From the sequence record OL829978.1: DNA of 24,000 nt; one strand, 5' to 3'. Shown here piece after piece: positions 15,712 through 22,848 of the stretch. A program made the translations under genes and the position numbers. The stretch is from Streptomyces phage Tomas. A model generated the notes under the pieces. The model made no database searches and was not told the origin of the DNA. It saw nothing but the letters and a program-made list of their open reading frames with translations. Numbering within the stretch: position 1 is the first letter of the stretch; every line of letters begins with the position of its first letter.

Positions 15712-16050
15712 ATGGCAGAGTACAAGCCAAAGACTTCTCAGGATGTTGTTGCTCCACACCTAGACGCACTAGAGGGTGAGGACGCAAAGCGTGCTGAGGA
15801 AGCTGGAGTAAAGGACTCAGCTTTTGTCGATTACGAGGACGCACTTCATAACTATGAAAACCGTTCCGACGTAGAGACCCTAGCTGCCCGTCGTGCTCGT
15901 GAGGGCGGATGGAAGTTTGAAGATGCTGCGTTTAGGCGTAGCGCTAAGGACGACGAACTCACTGGTGGTGTTGTTACTACTGATCAGGCAACTGAAAAGA
16001 AGGCTGAGCAGACCAGTGCAACCGCACCCGCACGTAAGTCAAGCAAGTAA
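15712..16050 (+). CDS. hypothetical protein
   Basis: ATG 15712 (MAEYKPKTSQD...) preceded by AAGGAGG. Confidence 0.65.
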   Translation: MAEYKPKTSQDVVAPHLDALEGEDAKRAEEAGVKDSAFVDYEDALHNYENRSDVETLAARRAREGGWKFEDAAFRRSAKDDELTGGVVTTDQATEKKAEQTSATAPARKSSK

Positions 16051-16073
16051 TCAAACTTTGATGTACAATTGAA

Positions 16074-16106
16074 CAGGAGGGTAACTAAATCGCCCTCCTG
16101 TTCTTT
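16074..16106 (+). terminator. rho-independent terminator
   Basis: CAGGAGGG-TAACTAAATCG-CCCTCCTG-TTCTTTG. Confidence 0.7.
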
Positions 16107-16144
16107 GTATCTCTAAAGCAAATAAGCACTAACAAAGGAAAATA

Positions 16145-16384
16145 ATGTCTGTTGTTCTAGATTACAATTCAGCCGAGACGTTCGTTACTGAGCAGAACAA
16201 GCTTAATAACGATGTACGTTGGGAAGGCTGGACACTCGTTTTCTTCCGTAAGAGTCGTGACAACCGTGGTTGGAATAAGCGCGAAGGCGCATTCCGTAAG
16301 GACAACTGGGGTTTTGAATCACGCGTTACGGTGGGCACTGATGGGAAGTGGAGGGTTCCTTCTCGCAATGTCCGGAATTCTTGA
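16145..16384 (+). CDS. hypothetical protein
   Basis: 79 aa ORF MSVVLDYNSAETFVTEQNK..., overlaps whiB start. Confidence 0.65.
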   Translation: MSVVLDYNSAETFVTEQNKLNNDVRWEGWTLVFFRKSRDNRGWNKREGAFRKDNWGFESRVTVGTDGKWRVPSRNVRNS

Positions 16385-16682
16385 GCAAAGGGGCATAAGT
16401 CCAGAAGAGGTTCAGTGGGAAGACCTGGCGCTATGTCGTGGTCTTCCCACTTCCTTCTTCTTTGAGACTTATGAAGAAGACAAAATTTCTGCCCGATATG
16501 TAGATGAGATGTGCCTTAGCTGCCCGGTGATGAAACAATGCGCAATGGCTGCTAAGGAGAATAGTGGCTTTGGAGTGTGGGGCGGTATTTATTGGAACTC
16601 AGCTAGAGTTGATAAGTATCGTAATGCTCACAAAACTCCAGAGACATGGGAGAGGATCAAGGAGAGACTATCTGATGGGTGA
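16368..16682 (+). CDS. WhiB-family Fe-S transcription regulator
   Basis: Four conserved Cys (LC...MCLSCPVMKQC) and FGVWGG turn; ATG 16368 (MSGILEQRG). Confidence 0.85.
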   Translation: MSGILEQRGISPEEVQWEDLALCRGLPTSFFFETYEEDKISARYVDEMCLSCPVMKQCAMAAKENSGFGVWGGIYWNSARVDKYRNAHKTPETWERIKERLSDG

Positions 16683-16959
16683 TGTAGAAACGGCTAGGAC
16701 GCTGTTCAGGCAATTCAAGTTTGAGCCTGGTACTGGGTTCATCTGTGACTTTGTTCATTACCCTGACACGGCAGAGGGAGTCACTAACGTGGCTCTCCGA
16801 GTTTACAGCTCACACTTTGACCATCTTCCAGAGGGGACAAGATTCCTCTTGACTGAGCAAATTAGCAGTCTCATAAAAGACATCCGGGCGTCGGGTGTTA
16901 ATTGCATTCTGGAGGTAGAAAGTGCACCGAGAATTTCAGGTCGTCCTGCTGCACGATGA
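16675..16959 (+). CDS. hypothetical protein
   Basis: ATG 16675: MGDVETARTLFRQFKFEPGTGFICDFVHYPDTAEG... Confidence 0.6.
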   Translation: MGDVETARTLFRQFKFEPGTGFICDFVHYPDTAEGVTNVALRVYSSHFDHLPEGTRFLLTEQISSLIKDIRASGVNCILEVESAPRISGRPAAR

Positions 16960-17098
16960 GGGCGTTTACGGAATAATCACAGAAGTACACACGCATATGT
17001 GTAAAGTTAAGTATTCGGTGGCAGGGTTGGAGTTCAACGAATACTTTGAGCCTGATGACTTTATGGTCATTGGTGAGATAGGATATGAGGTAGAGTGA
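16922..17098 (+). CDS. hypothetical protein (58 aa)
   Basis: GTG 16922: MHREFQVVLLHDEGVYGIITEVHTHMCKVKYSVAGLEFNEYFEPDDFMVIGEIGYEVE; absent from supplied track. Confidence 0.5.
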   Translation: MHREFQVVLLHDEGVYGIITEVHTHMCKVKYSVAGLEFNEYFEPDDFMVIGEIGYEVE

Positions 17099-17325
17099 CT
17101 GACACGCTTTGTCAAATCTGCGACAAGCAGCGTAATTCTCTGATCAACCATAAGTCCTTGATCAATCCAAGCATGGAATTTATGGTCTGTTCTCGTTGCG
17201 CAGAAGATAATCTTGAGCCTCGCTGGCTTGTGATTCTTATGGGCAGATCGGGAAAGGACGTTGCTGAATGGGTCGATCAAAGGCTTTATGCTGGGGACGA
17301 GATCACGCCAGAACATTTGAATTAA
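17095..17325 (+). CDS. zinc-finger-like protein
   Basis: CQICDKQ...VCSRCAEDNL; GTGA overlap. Confidence 0.65.
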   Translation: MTDTLCQICDKQRNSLINHKSLINPSMEFMVCSRCAEDNLEPRWLVILMGRSGKDVAEWVDQRLYAGDEITPEHLN

Positions 17326-17332
17326 GCCAGCA

Positions 17333-17388
17333 GGCCGGGTATACTAGCCAAGACTAGGGAACTAAGGGGTTCGAATCCCTACCGGCCG
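17333..17388 (+). other. tRNA-like element lacking a D-arm
   Basis: GGCCGG(17333-17338)/CCGGCC(17382-17387) acceptor-like helix, canonical T-loop GGGG-TTCGAAT-CCCT, small CTAG-CCAAGA-CTAG hairpin; total 56 nt. Confidence 0.45.
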
Positions 17389-17400
17389 CAATATTTCCCC

Positions 17401-17667
17401 ATGAGGGGAGGACAGTTGTTCTTCGAAGATGAAACATCGACATCACAATGCATAGAAGAGTTGACCCGTGAGATTTGGGAAACCATTAAGATGGTTCTTA
17501 AGTCTACTGCAACATCGGACGAAATTGCCGGTGCTGCTGAGAGGGCCAAATTTCTAAGACTATACATTGAGAGGTATCGATCAAAGAAGTTTAAGTCGCT
17601 CACTGACACCGAACTGTGGTTGGCACAAGAGGTAGCCGATGCAGTAGAGGATTTGATTGACAATTAA
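17401..17667 (+). CDS. hypothetical protein
   Basis: 88 aa ORF MRGGQLFFEDETSTSQ... Confidence 0.65.
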   Translation: MRGGQLFFEDETSTSQCIEELTREIWETIKMVLKSTATSDEIAGAAERAKFLRLYIERYRSKKFKSLTDTELWLAQEVADAVEDLIDN

Positions 17668-17685
17668 TCCAACAGTGATTACAAT
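17657..17685 (+). promoter_or_regulatory. strong sigma70-like promoter; possibly leaderless transcript
   Basis: TTGACA, 17 bp, TACAAT; ATG of next ORF begins 7 nt after the -10. Confidence 0.75.
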
Positions 17686-17691
17686 TTGCAT

Positions 17692-18093
17692 ATGTCCAGG
17701 ATATCAAAAGCATTTGTAAAGTCTTACGCTCACCCTCTGATTACTATCGAGGTTATCATTGCTGTGGGTCTCCTGGTCTCCGGATTGTATACGATGAGTT
17801 GGTTTTATGAAGTCAGTGCCATAACACCGATTGGTAAAACCATTGATTCCGTTGGAGTAAGAACAACCATCGGAACCTTTTATGCAATTGCAGCAGTCAC
17901 ATCTCTTGTAGGTGCGACAACAGGCAAGGAGAGGGTAAACTCAAGCGGTCTGTTCTTGATGTTTCTGTCGTATTCGTTTATGACGATTCTCAGACTGCTG
18001 TCAATTGGTTGGACTCCACTAACATGGATATTCAGCGTAACCATTGGGCTTATCGTAGCATTCCTATATTTTAGGATAAGGTTGCTGAGATAA
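17692..18093 (+). CDS. multi-pass membrane protein
   Basis: Four hydrophobic segments: VIIAVGLLVSGLYTM, TFYAIAAVTSLVG, LFLMFLSYSFMTIL, WIFSVTIGLIVAFLYF. Confidence 0.7.
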   Translation: MSRISKAFVKSYAHPLITIEVIIAVGLLVSGLYTMSWFYEVSAITPIGKTIDSVGVRTTIGTFYAIAAVTSLVGATTGKERVNSSGLFLMFLSYSFMTILRLLSIGWTPLTWIFSVTIGLIVAFLYFRIRLLR

Positions 18094-18393
18094 ATGCCCG
18101 AGATGACTACGGCTTGGATAGCCTTGTTGGGAACTGTGCTGGGGGGTGTTGGACTTAAGTTTGTCGAACACTGGCTCAGTCGTAGTAAGATCCGGGATGA
18201 CACCGCAACTCAGCTCAGGAATGAATTGAGAACGGAGATCCAGGGTCTCAAGCAAGAGCTAAATAACGTAGAGGCCGACCTAGATAAGTGGCGAGGAAAG
18301 TATTACGAGTTGATGGACAATTTCATCAAGGTTAAAAGTGAACTTGAATCGGCTATGAGGCAACTACAAAACAACCAACCCCCTAGCCAATAA
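18094..18393 (+). CDS. single-TM protein with coiled-coil tail
   Basis: WIALLGTVLGGVGLKFVEHWL followed by long amphipathic helix. Confidence 0.7.
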   Translation: MPEMTTAWIALLGTVLGGVGLKFVEHWLSRSKIRDDTATQLRNELRTEIQGLKQELNNVEADLDKWRGKYYELMDNFIKVKSELESAMRQLQNNQPPSQ

Positions 18394-18404
18394 GCTAGGG
18401 GTGT
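18380..18404 (+). terminator. terminator-like hairpin overlapping ORF end
   Basis: CCCCTAGC-CAATAA-GCTAGGGG-TGTTGT. Confidence 0.6.
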
Positions 18405-18423
18405 TGTGCTACTAAGGAGAAAT

Positions 18424-18615
18424 ATGCAGGCAGTAATGGAACGACCGTTGAAGAAGCAAGAAGATCGATGCGACAAGTGTCGAGCGGAAGCATTTTTCAT
18501 TGCCGAGAAGGAAACAATGAATCTTCTCTTTTGTGGCCATCATGGTCGGCAATACAGTCAGTCTCTTGAACAGCAGGGTTGGAGTCTACTAGACTTCACA
18601 GACGAGATCCGCTGA
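18424..18615 (+). CDS. DUF7455-like small protein
   Basis: RCDKCRAEAFFIAEKETMNLLFCGHHGRQY resembles the actinobacterial RCDRCGAxA...LLFCGHHxR family. Confidence 0.65.
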   Translation: MQAVMERPLKKQEDRCDKCRAEAFFIAEKETMNLLFCGHHGRQYSQSLEQQGWSLLDFTDEIR

Positions 18616-18619
18616 TAGG

Positions 18620-18648
18620 TTGACAGCCTGCAAAATATTCGATAGTCT
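18620..18648 (+). promoter_or_regulatory. sigma70-like promoter
   Basis: TTGACA, 17 bp, TAGTCT, upstream of tRNA-Gln. Confidence 0.75.
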
Positions 18649-18681
18649 AGTTCTACAGGTTGACGCAGGCTGTCACCTCAT

Positions 18682-18753
18682 TCCCCCGTGGTACGCTGGT
18701 TTGCCACCCTGACTTTGAATCAGGAACACGTAGGTTCGATCCCTGCCGGGGGA
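18682..18753 (+). tRNA. tRNA-Gln(TTG)
   Basis: Acceptor TCCCCCG/CGGGGGA, anticodon arm CCTGA-CTTTGAA-TCAGG, T-arm GTAGG-TTCGATC-CCTGC. Confidence 0.85.
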
Positions 18754-18775
18754 GCTTTTCTATTTAAGGAGTGTG

Positions 18776-19018
18776 ATGAGTAACTATAGTTTCACTGATC
18801 ACAAAGGCAACCGAGTCAACAAGGGCGATAAGATAAAGGTTTATCGTGCGCCCGCTGGACTCAATGAATGGGTTGGCTTTACAGGCGTGCTGATGAGCAT
18901 AGTGCTTCCTGGTCCTGACAAGCAAGTTATGGTCAGTCGAATATCTGGTGTCCCGAAGAGTTGGACGAATAAGGGAATGATTTATTTTCCTTACGAATAC
19001 CTTGAGAAGGTAAGTTGA
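18776..19018 (+). CDS. hypothetical protein
   Basis: MSNYSFTDHKGNRVNKGDKIKVYRAP...; alternative ATG 18773. Confidence 0.65.
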   Translation: MSNYSFTDHKGNRVNKGDKIKVYRAPAGLNEWVGFTGVLMSIVLPGPDKQVMVSRISGVPKSWTNKGMIYFPYEYLEKVS

Positions 19019-19043
19019 CCTGCATCGGTCAAGAGAGTAGACT
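19015..19043 (+). promoter_or_regulatory. sigma70-like promoter
   Basis: TTGACC, 17 bp, TAGACT; -35 overlaps TGA stop 19016-19018. Confidence 0.65.
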
Positions 19044-19049
19044 TAAGAC

Positions 19050-19229
19050 ATGAAGCGACCTAACGTAGCATTCACCCGAGAAGAGCTTGCTCTTGAATCT
19101 CAGTTTGTCAAATCTTATGACGACAGCAAGAAGTTCAAGCAGCTCTATCCAGAACAATTCCGCGCGGCAGAAGAGGGTCTGATTGCTTTTTATCAGACTG
19201 TTGCACAGCGCGCCAAGAACGGAAACTAA
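19050..19229 (+). CDS. hypothetical protein (59 aa)
   Basis: MKRPNVAFTREELALESQFVKSYDDSKKFKQLYPEQFRAAEEGLIAFYQTVAQRAKNGN; TAATG coupling; absent from supplied track. Confidence 0.55.
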   Translation: MKRPNVAFTREELALESQFVKSYDDSKKFKQLYPEQFRAAEEGLIAFYQTVAQRAKNGN

Positions 19230-19462
19230 TGGAAGAAAGACTCAGCATCACCGCGAAGGGAGCTATTCTTAATAACGATAAGGAAGCTATTCGCAATCTC
19301 ACTCTGGCCATTGGCCTGCTAGCATCTATTGTTCATGACAATCTAGGTGATGAGCCCGACCCCTTCGATCTAAATGCTCTTGAGCTTATTGATCAGATTC
19401 AGGAGTCAGTGTTTATGTATCTAGAGAGGCATGGAGCATGGACGAATTCGCCAGAGAAGTAA
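19229..19462 (+). CDS. hypothetical protein
   Basis: 77 aa ORF, ATG 19229. Confidence 0.6.
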   Translation: MEERLSITAKGAILNNDKEAIRNLTLAIGLLASIVHDNLGDEPDPFDLNALELIDQIQESVFMYLERHGAWTNSPEK

Positions 19463-19701
19463 AGGCCATCTTTGATGCCAAGGGTTACAAGTGGCGAGTG
19501 GACGGCAAATTGAAAAAGCCTACGCTCAAAGACATCACTGAGACTCTTGAAGACATCAAAGAGAAGATGAAAGACAATGGTGTCGGCACGTGGATTTATC
19601 TAGGCCGATTCATTGTTGTAAAAGAAGCAAATGGATTGCTTGATGTGTTTGTGCATCAAGGTACCATCGAAGAAGACACCCAAGAACTAACAAAGGATTA
19701 A
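19438..19701 (+). CDS. hypothetical protein
   Basis: 87 aa ORF. Confidence 0.6.
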   Translation: MDEFAREVKAIFDAKGYKWRVDGKLKKPTLKDITETLEDIKEKMKDNGVGTWIYLGRFIVVKEANGLLDVFVHQGTIEEDTQELTKD

Positions 19702-19702
19702 A

Positions 19703-20104
19703 ATGCATTTCGACTACACTCACGCAATGGTTCCGAAGAGTTCTGCTCTTGAGATGCTTTACTTCAACACGAACGATTCGACTCTAGCCATCAAGTTCTG
19801 GTCTGGTGCTACCATCAAGTACACTGGATTTGGCTCAGAGGATTGGGACAATCTCTTCAACGCTATGAGTAAGGGTGCTTATTACAATCAGCGAATCAAG
19901 GGTGTCTTTGATTCTCAGCACCTTGGTTCCGGCGTGGTATTCCATTCAGTCGAAAAGACCGAAGAGCTTGACCTGATTGTCAACGAGAATGCTAGTCCTC
20001 TCAATGTTACAATTAACATCTACGTGAATGGCGATCCCGAGGCAATTGCTAAGGCCGTTGAGCGTCTTGCTCCGAGCATTCGCGCAGTACAGAGGAGGGT
20101 GTGA
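19703..20104 (+). CDS. KTSC-domain-like protein
   Basis: SSALEMLYFNTNDSTLAIKFWSGATIKYTGF...LFNAMSKGAYYNQRIKGVF. Confidence 0.65.
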   Translation: MHFDYTHAMVPKSSALEMLYFNTNDSTLAIKFWSGATIKYTGFGSEDWDNLFNAMSKGAYYNQRIKGVFDSQHLGSGVVFHSVEKTEELDLIVNENASPLNVTINIYVNGDPEAIAKAVERLAPSIRAVQRRV

Positions 20105-20105
20105 A

Positions 20106-20408
20106 ATTCTAGCTAAGGTAGACAACCTAAAGGATTTCGAGTCATACACCAGTCGGAAGGCAGTAGTTGTTTTTTCTGCCCCGGCATGGTGTGTTCCTTG
20201 TCGAAGGTTGCAGCCACATATTGATAAGCTAGCTGAGAAGCTTAACTATCCTATCGTGTATGTAGATATCGACAAGGCAGAAGATATCAAGAATGCGCAC
20301 GGTGTCATGTCTGTTCCACTGGTTTACGAATTCGTGGACGGAAAGCCTGTACGTGCTCTTGATGGACGAACAGTCCTTGCATTGGAGCGTGAACTAGCCG
20401 CTGAGTAA
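20106..20408 (+). CDS. thioredoxin-like protein
   Basis: VVFSAPAWCVPCRRLQPHIDKLAEKL...VMSVPLVYEFVDGKP; ORF runs to 20408. ATT 20106 sits about 7 nt after GAGGAGGG (track start 20028 lies deep in the upstream gene). Confidence 0.8.
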   Translation: MLAKVDNLKDFESYTSRKAVVVFSAPAWCVPCRRLQPHIDKLAEKLNYPIVYVDIDKAEDIKNAHGVMSVPLVYEFVDGKPVRALDGRTVLALERELAAE

Positions 20409-20421
20409 TCAGCGGCTTTTT
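20396..20421 (+). terminator. rho-independent terminator overlapping the trx-like gene stop codon
   Basis: AGCCGCTGA-GTAA-TCAGCGGCT-TTTT. Confidence 0.85.
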
Positions 20422-20428
20422 CCATCGG

Positions 20429-20457
20429 TTGACACAAGAGACCAGCAGGAGTAATCT
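20429..20457 (+). promoter_or_regulatory. sigma70-like promoter
   Basis: TTGACA, 17 bp, TAATCT. Confidence 0.7.
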
Positions 20458-20477
20458 AAATCACAAAGGAGGTTCTG

Positions 20478-20600
20478 ATGACTTGTGAACAATGTGGTTC
20501 AGAGTGTGATGACCAGATAAGCTTTGAGACATTTAGGTCCGGCAGACTGTTCTTCTGTTGCCTAGGACATCGCGTAGCATGGTTCTTTGGGTGGTTGTGA
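20478..20600 (+). CDS. Cys-rich small protein (40 aa)
   Basis: AAAGGAGG then ATG: MTCEQCGSECDDQISFETFRSGRLFFCCLGHRVAWFFGWL; absent from supplied track. Confidence 0.5.
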   Translation: MTCEQCGSECDDQISFETFRSGRLFFCCLGHRVAWFFGWL

Positions 20601-20686
20601 ATTGTTTTTTATAATCGGTGGACTCCTGTGGATAGGTTTAATTCTTTTCATTTGCAGGTGGTTCTATGTGATCAGTGAGAGGCGAG

Positions 20687-21169
20687 ATGACTCCAGTAAT
20701 CCCGATCGTGAAGTTCGATGGTGAGCATTACTTCCTTTCGAATTTCTATTCTGCACCTGTCACCATGGGAAAGGTGACATTCCAAAACAATGAAGCAGCT
20801 TTTCAGGCTGCTAAGTACAAAGCAATGACTGGTAGTGATCAACAGAAGCTAGATTATATTCGTAAGGTTCTGGAAGCTCCCGGTCCAAGCAAGGCAAAGT
20901 ATGCAGGCAAGTCAGTGGACATAGACCTTGACAAGTGGGAGAGCATCAAGGTACGCTGTATGCGAGAGATAGTGAAGGCTAAGTTTGATCAGAACGAAGA
21001 CATCAGACTTAAGCTGATTGAAACTGGTGCCGCATTGCTCGTAGAAGGCAATGATTGGAATGATACATTCTGGGGCCGGTGCAATGGAAAGGGCGGTAAT
21101 GTCCTCGGCTCTATCCTCATGGAAGTTCGTGGTTATTACTACTGGAACGAAATGAAGGAGATCTGGTGA
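20687..21169 (+). CDS. NADAR-domain protein (YbiA/RibX-like)
   Basis: FLSNFYSAPV, NNEAAFQAAKY, NDTFWGRCNGKGGNVLGSILMEVR; possible alternative GTG start 20675. Confidence 0.85.
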   Translation: MTPVIPIVKFDGEHYFLSNFYSAPVTMGKVTFQNNEAAFQAAKYKAMTGSDQQKLDYIRKVLEAPGPSKAKYAGKSVDIDLDKWESIKVRCMREIVKAKFDQNEDIRLKLIETGAALLVEGNDWNDTFWGRCNGKGGNVLGSILMEVRGYYYWNEMKEIW

Positions 21170-21351
21170 CATTCACCCTTGTCGTCATGACTGACTATGA
21201 CGAGTATGAAGAGATCAAGAATGTAGAGAATTACTACATGAAAGAAGGAGCCCTGCACATTATTTGTCAGGACTCCGATACAAGATACAGCAAGCGTCCG
21301 ATCATCATTGCCAATCACGCGTTCATGCGTGTTTTTGAAGGAGAGAAGTGA
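21166..21351 (+). CDS. hypothetical protein
   Basis: 61 aa, GTGA overlap; MTFTLVVMTDYDEYEEIKNVENYYMKEG. Confidence 0.6.
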   Translation: MTFTLVVMTDYDEYEEIKNVENYYMKEGALHIICQDSDTRYSKRPIIIANHAFMRVFEGEK

Positions 21352-21845
21352 CTCTAGCATCTGATATCAAGACTGTTCGTGGAATGTCAAACGCTGAGAT
21401 GTCTCGACAGTTTGGCAAGATTGTTGACGGTTACGTAAAGGACTTGACCAAGAGCAAGTCTAAGGGTACTCCTGGTACCGGCTTCGTGCCCTCTGTACGG
21501 GTCGGTAAGATTAAAAGAAAGAAGGGGCAGCTCGTTCCCTCGGAGATTCTTTTTACAATGCGCTCAAGCCTGTTTAAGATGGGCTGGACACAGGGTGTGT
21601 TGCAGAATGCCGAAGGAAAGATGTGTCTCCGTGGTGCTCTTGTCTATCTATACAGCAAGGGATACTTCCACAACGACGATGGACAGATTGCAGCTCAGTA
21701 TTTGCATGATGAGGTGCAGCGCAAGAATGGCGATTCGCAAAAGTACAATTTCATTTACTGGAACAACGAAAGTGATCGTACATTCGCTCAGATTCTCAAG
21801 GTTCTAGAGGACGCAGGTAATCGTGCCAAGCTCGCAGGAGAATGA
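21348..21845 (+). CDS. hypothetical protein, C-terminal half DUF6197-like
   Basis: MGWTQGVLQNAEGKMCLRGALVYLY...WNNESDRTFAQILKVLEDA. Confidence 0.65.
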   Translation: MTLASDIKTVRGMSNAEMSRQFGKIVDGYVKDLTKSKSKGTPGTGFVPSVRVGKIKRKKGQLVPSEILFTMRSSLFKMGWTQGVLQNAEGKMCLRGALVYLYSKGYFHNDDGQIAAQYLHDEVQRKNGDSQKYNFIYWNNESDRTFAQILKVLEDAGNRAKLAGE

Positions 21846-22239
21846 GTGGGAGCCTCTTGGTTTTACTAATCAAGAGGTCGATCTCACAGAGACAACCAAT
21901 AGAATGGTTGAATTGCTAGACTCCCTGGTAGCCAGCTTTGAACAAATGGGGCCGGTGGTAAATCGGTTCGGGGAATCAATGCAAGCGTTTAGAGAAAGGA
22001 ACGAAATGGCAGTTGATATCAGACACAGTGAATATCCAAGACGAGATGGCTATGGAACCTATTGGTACGATAGCTGTGGAATGCATGAAGAGACTGTTCA
22101 TCCATGCTTTATGTGTGATCAGCCTACTCACCGTCTTGATATCAACTTCCACGCCTACTTCTGCAATTCAGACGAATGCAATGAAGCAGTCCGGCTTGAC
22201 CTTGAAAGACTGAATGGTGGTCCAGAGGCTCGCGATTGA
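21823..22239 (+). CDS. hypothetical protein with Cys/His-rich region
   Basis: HPCFMCDQPTHRLDINFHAYFCNSDEC; GTG start uncertain. Confidence 0.6.
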   Translation: MPSSQENEWEPLGFTNQEVDLTETTNRMVELLDSLVASFEQMGPVVNRFGESMQAFRERNEMAVDIRHSEYPRRDGYGTYWYDSCGMHEETVHPCFMCDQPTHRLDINFHAYFCNSDECNEAVRLDLERLNGGPEARD

Positions 22240-22265
22240 CAAATCTCGTACATGTGCTCTAGCAT
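22236..22265 (+). promoter_or_regulatory. sigma70-like promoter
   Basis: TTGACA, 18 bp, TAGCAT; -35 overlaps TGA stop of preceding ORF. Confidence 0.6.
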
Positions 22266-22274
22266 GAGAACATT

Positions 22275-22514
22275 ATGAGATATACAATTGTAAAGGAGCC
22301 TCTTAAACGGGGTCGAAAGATAGAGGCGTATAACTACGCAGTTAAAGACACTCTGGTGAACAGGGTCGTCATTCGGTATGAAAATCAATTTAAGGCCGAG
22401 TTCATCAGAGACATCTTCAATGAAGCAAACGTTAGTAGCCGGTATGAATTTGAAGCATCCGGCAACGAGAGCATTGAGGACTTAGATGAGTCAGCCTTTC
22501 GAACAGGGGAATAA
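22275..22514 (+). CDS. hypothetical protein
   Basis: 79 aa ORF. Confidence 0.6.
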   Translation: MRYTIVKEPLKRGRKIEAYNYAVKDTLVNRVVIRYENQFKAEFIRDIFNEANVSSRYEFEASGNESIEDLDESAFRTGE

Positions 22515-22792
22515 TGTTGGAAAGACTGGCCTGGCGATATTTGGCCCGGCAGATGGAAGTCCATCGTAAAGCAGGCAGACATCATCAAGCAGACCACATA
22601 AGAGCTGCTATAGCTACAAGGGAACAGAAGCAATGTAGTCTATGCTGCATACTAGAGAACACAGACTGGCTAGCATGGGCAACACGCTTTGATCCTACAG
22701 CAGATATGGATAAGGATGCCACGCTGTATGGAAGTATTGTTAAAGATGAATCCCGCTTTGGAGATATGGTTCGGAGAAGTGGACTGGACTGA
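22514..22792 (+). CDS. hypothetical protein
   Basis: 92 aa ORF, TAATG overlap; last convincing gene in the window. Confidence 0.6.
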   Translation: MLERLAWRYLARQMEVHRKAGRHHQADHIRAAIATREQKQCSLCCILENTDWLAWATRFDPTADMDKDATLYGSIVKDESRFGDMVRRSGLD

Positions 22793-22800
22793 GTGGGAAG

Positions 22801-22845
22801 AAGAGGACTGGGAAGATCGAATTTCCTGGTCCTCTTTGCTTTGAA
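22801..22845 (+). terminator. long terminator-like hairpin after the last gene
   Basis: AAGAGGACTGGGAA(22801-22814)/TTCCTGGTCCTCTT(22823-22836), 14 bp with two G:U pairs, then TGCTTTG. Confidence 0.6.
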
Positions 22846-22848
22846 CGG

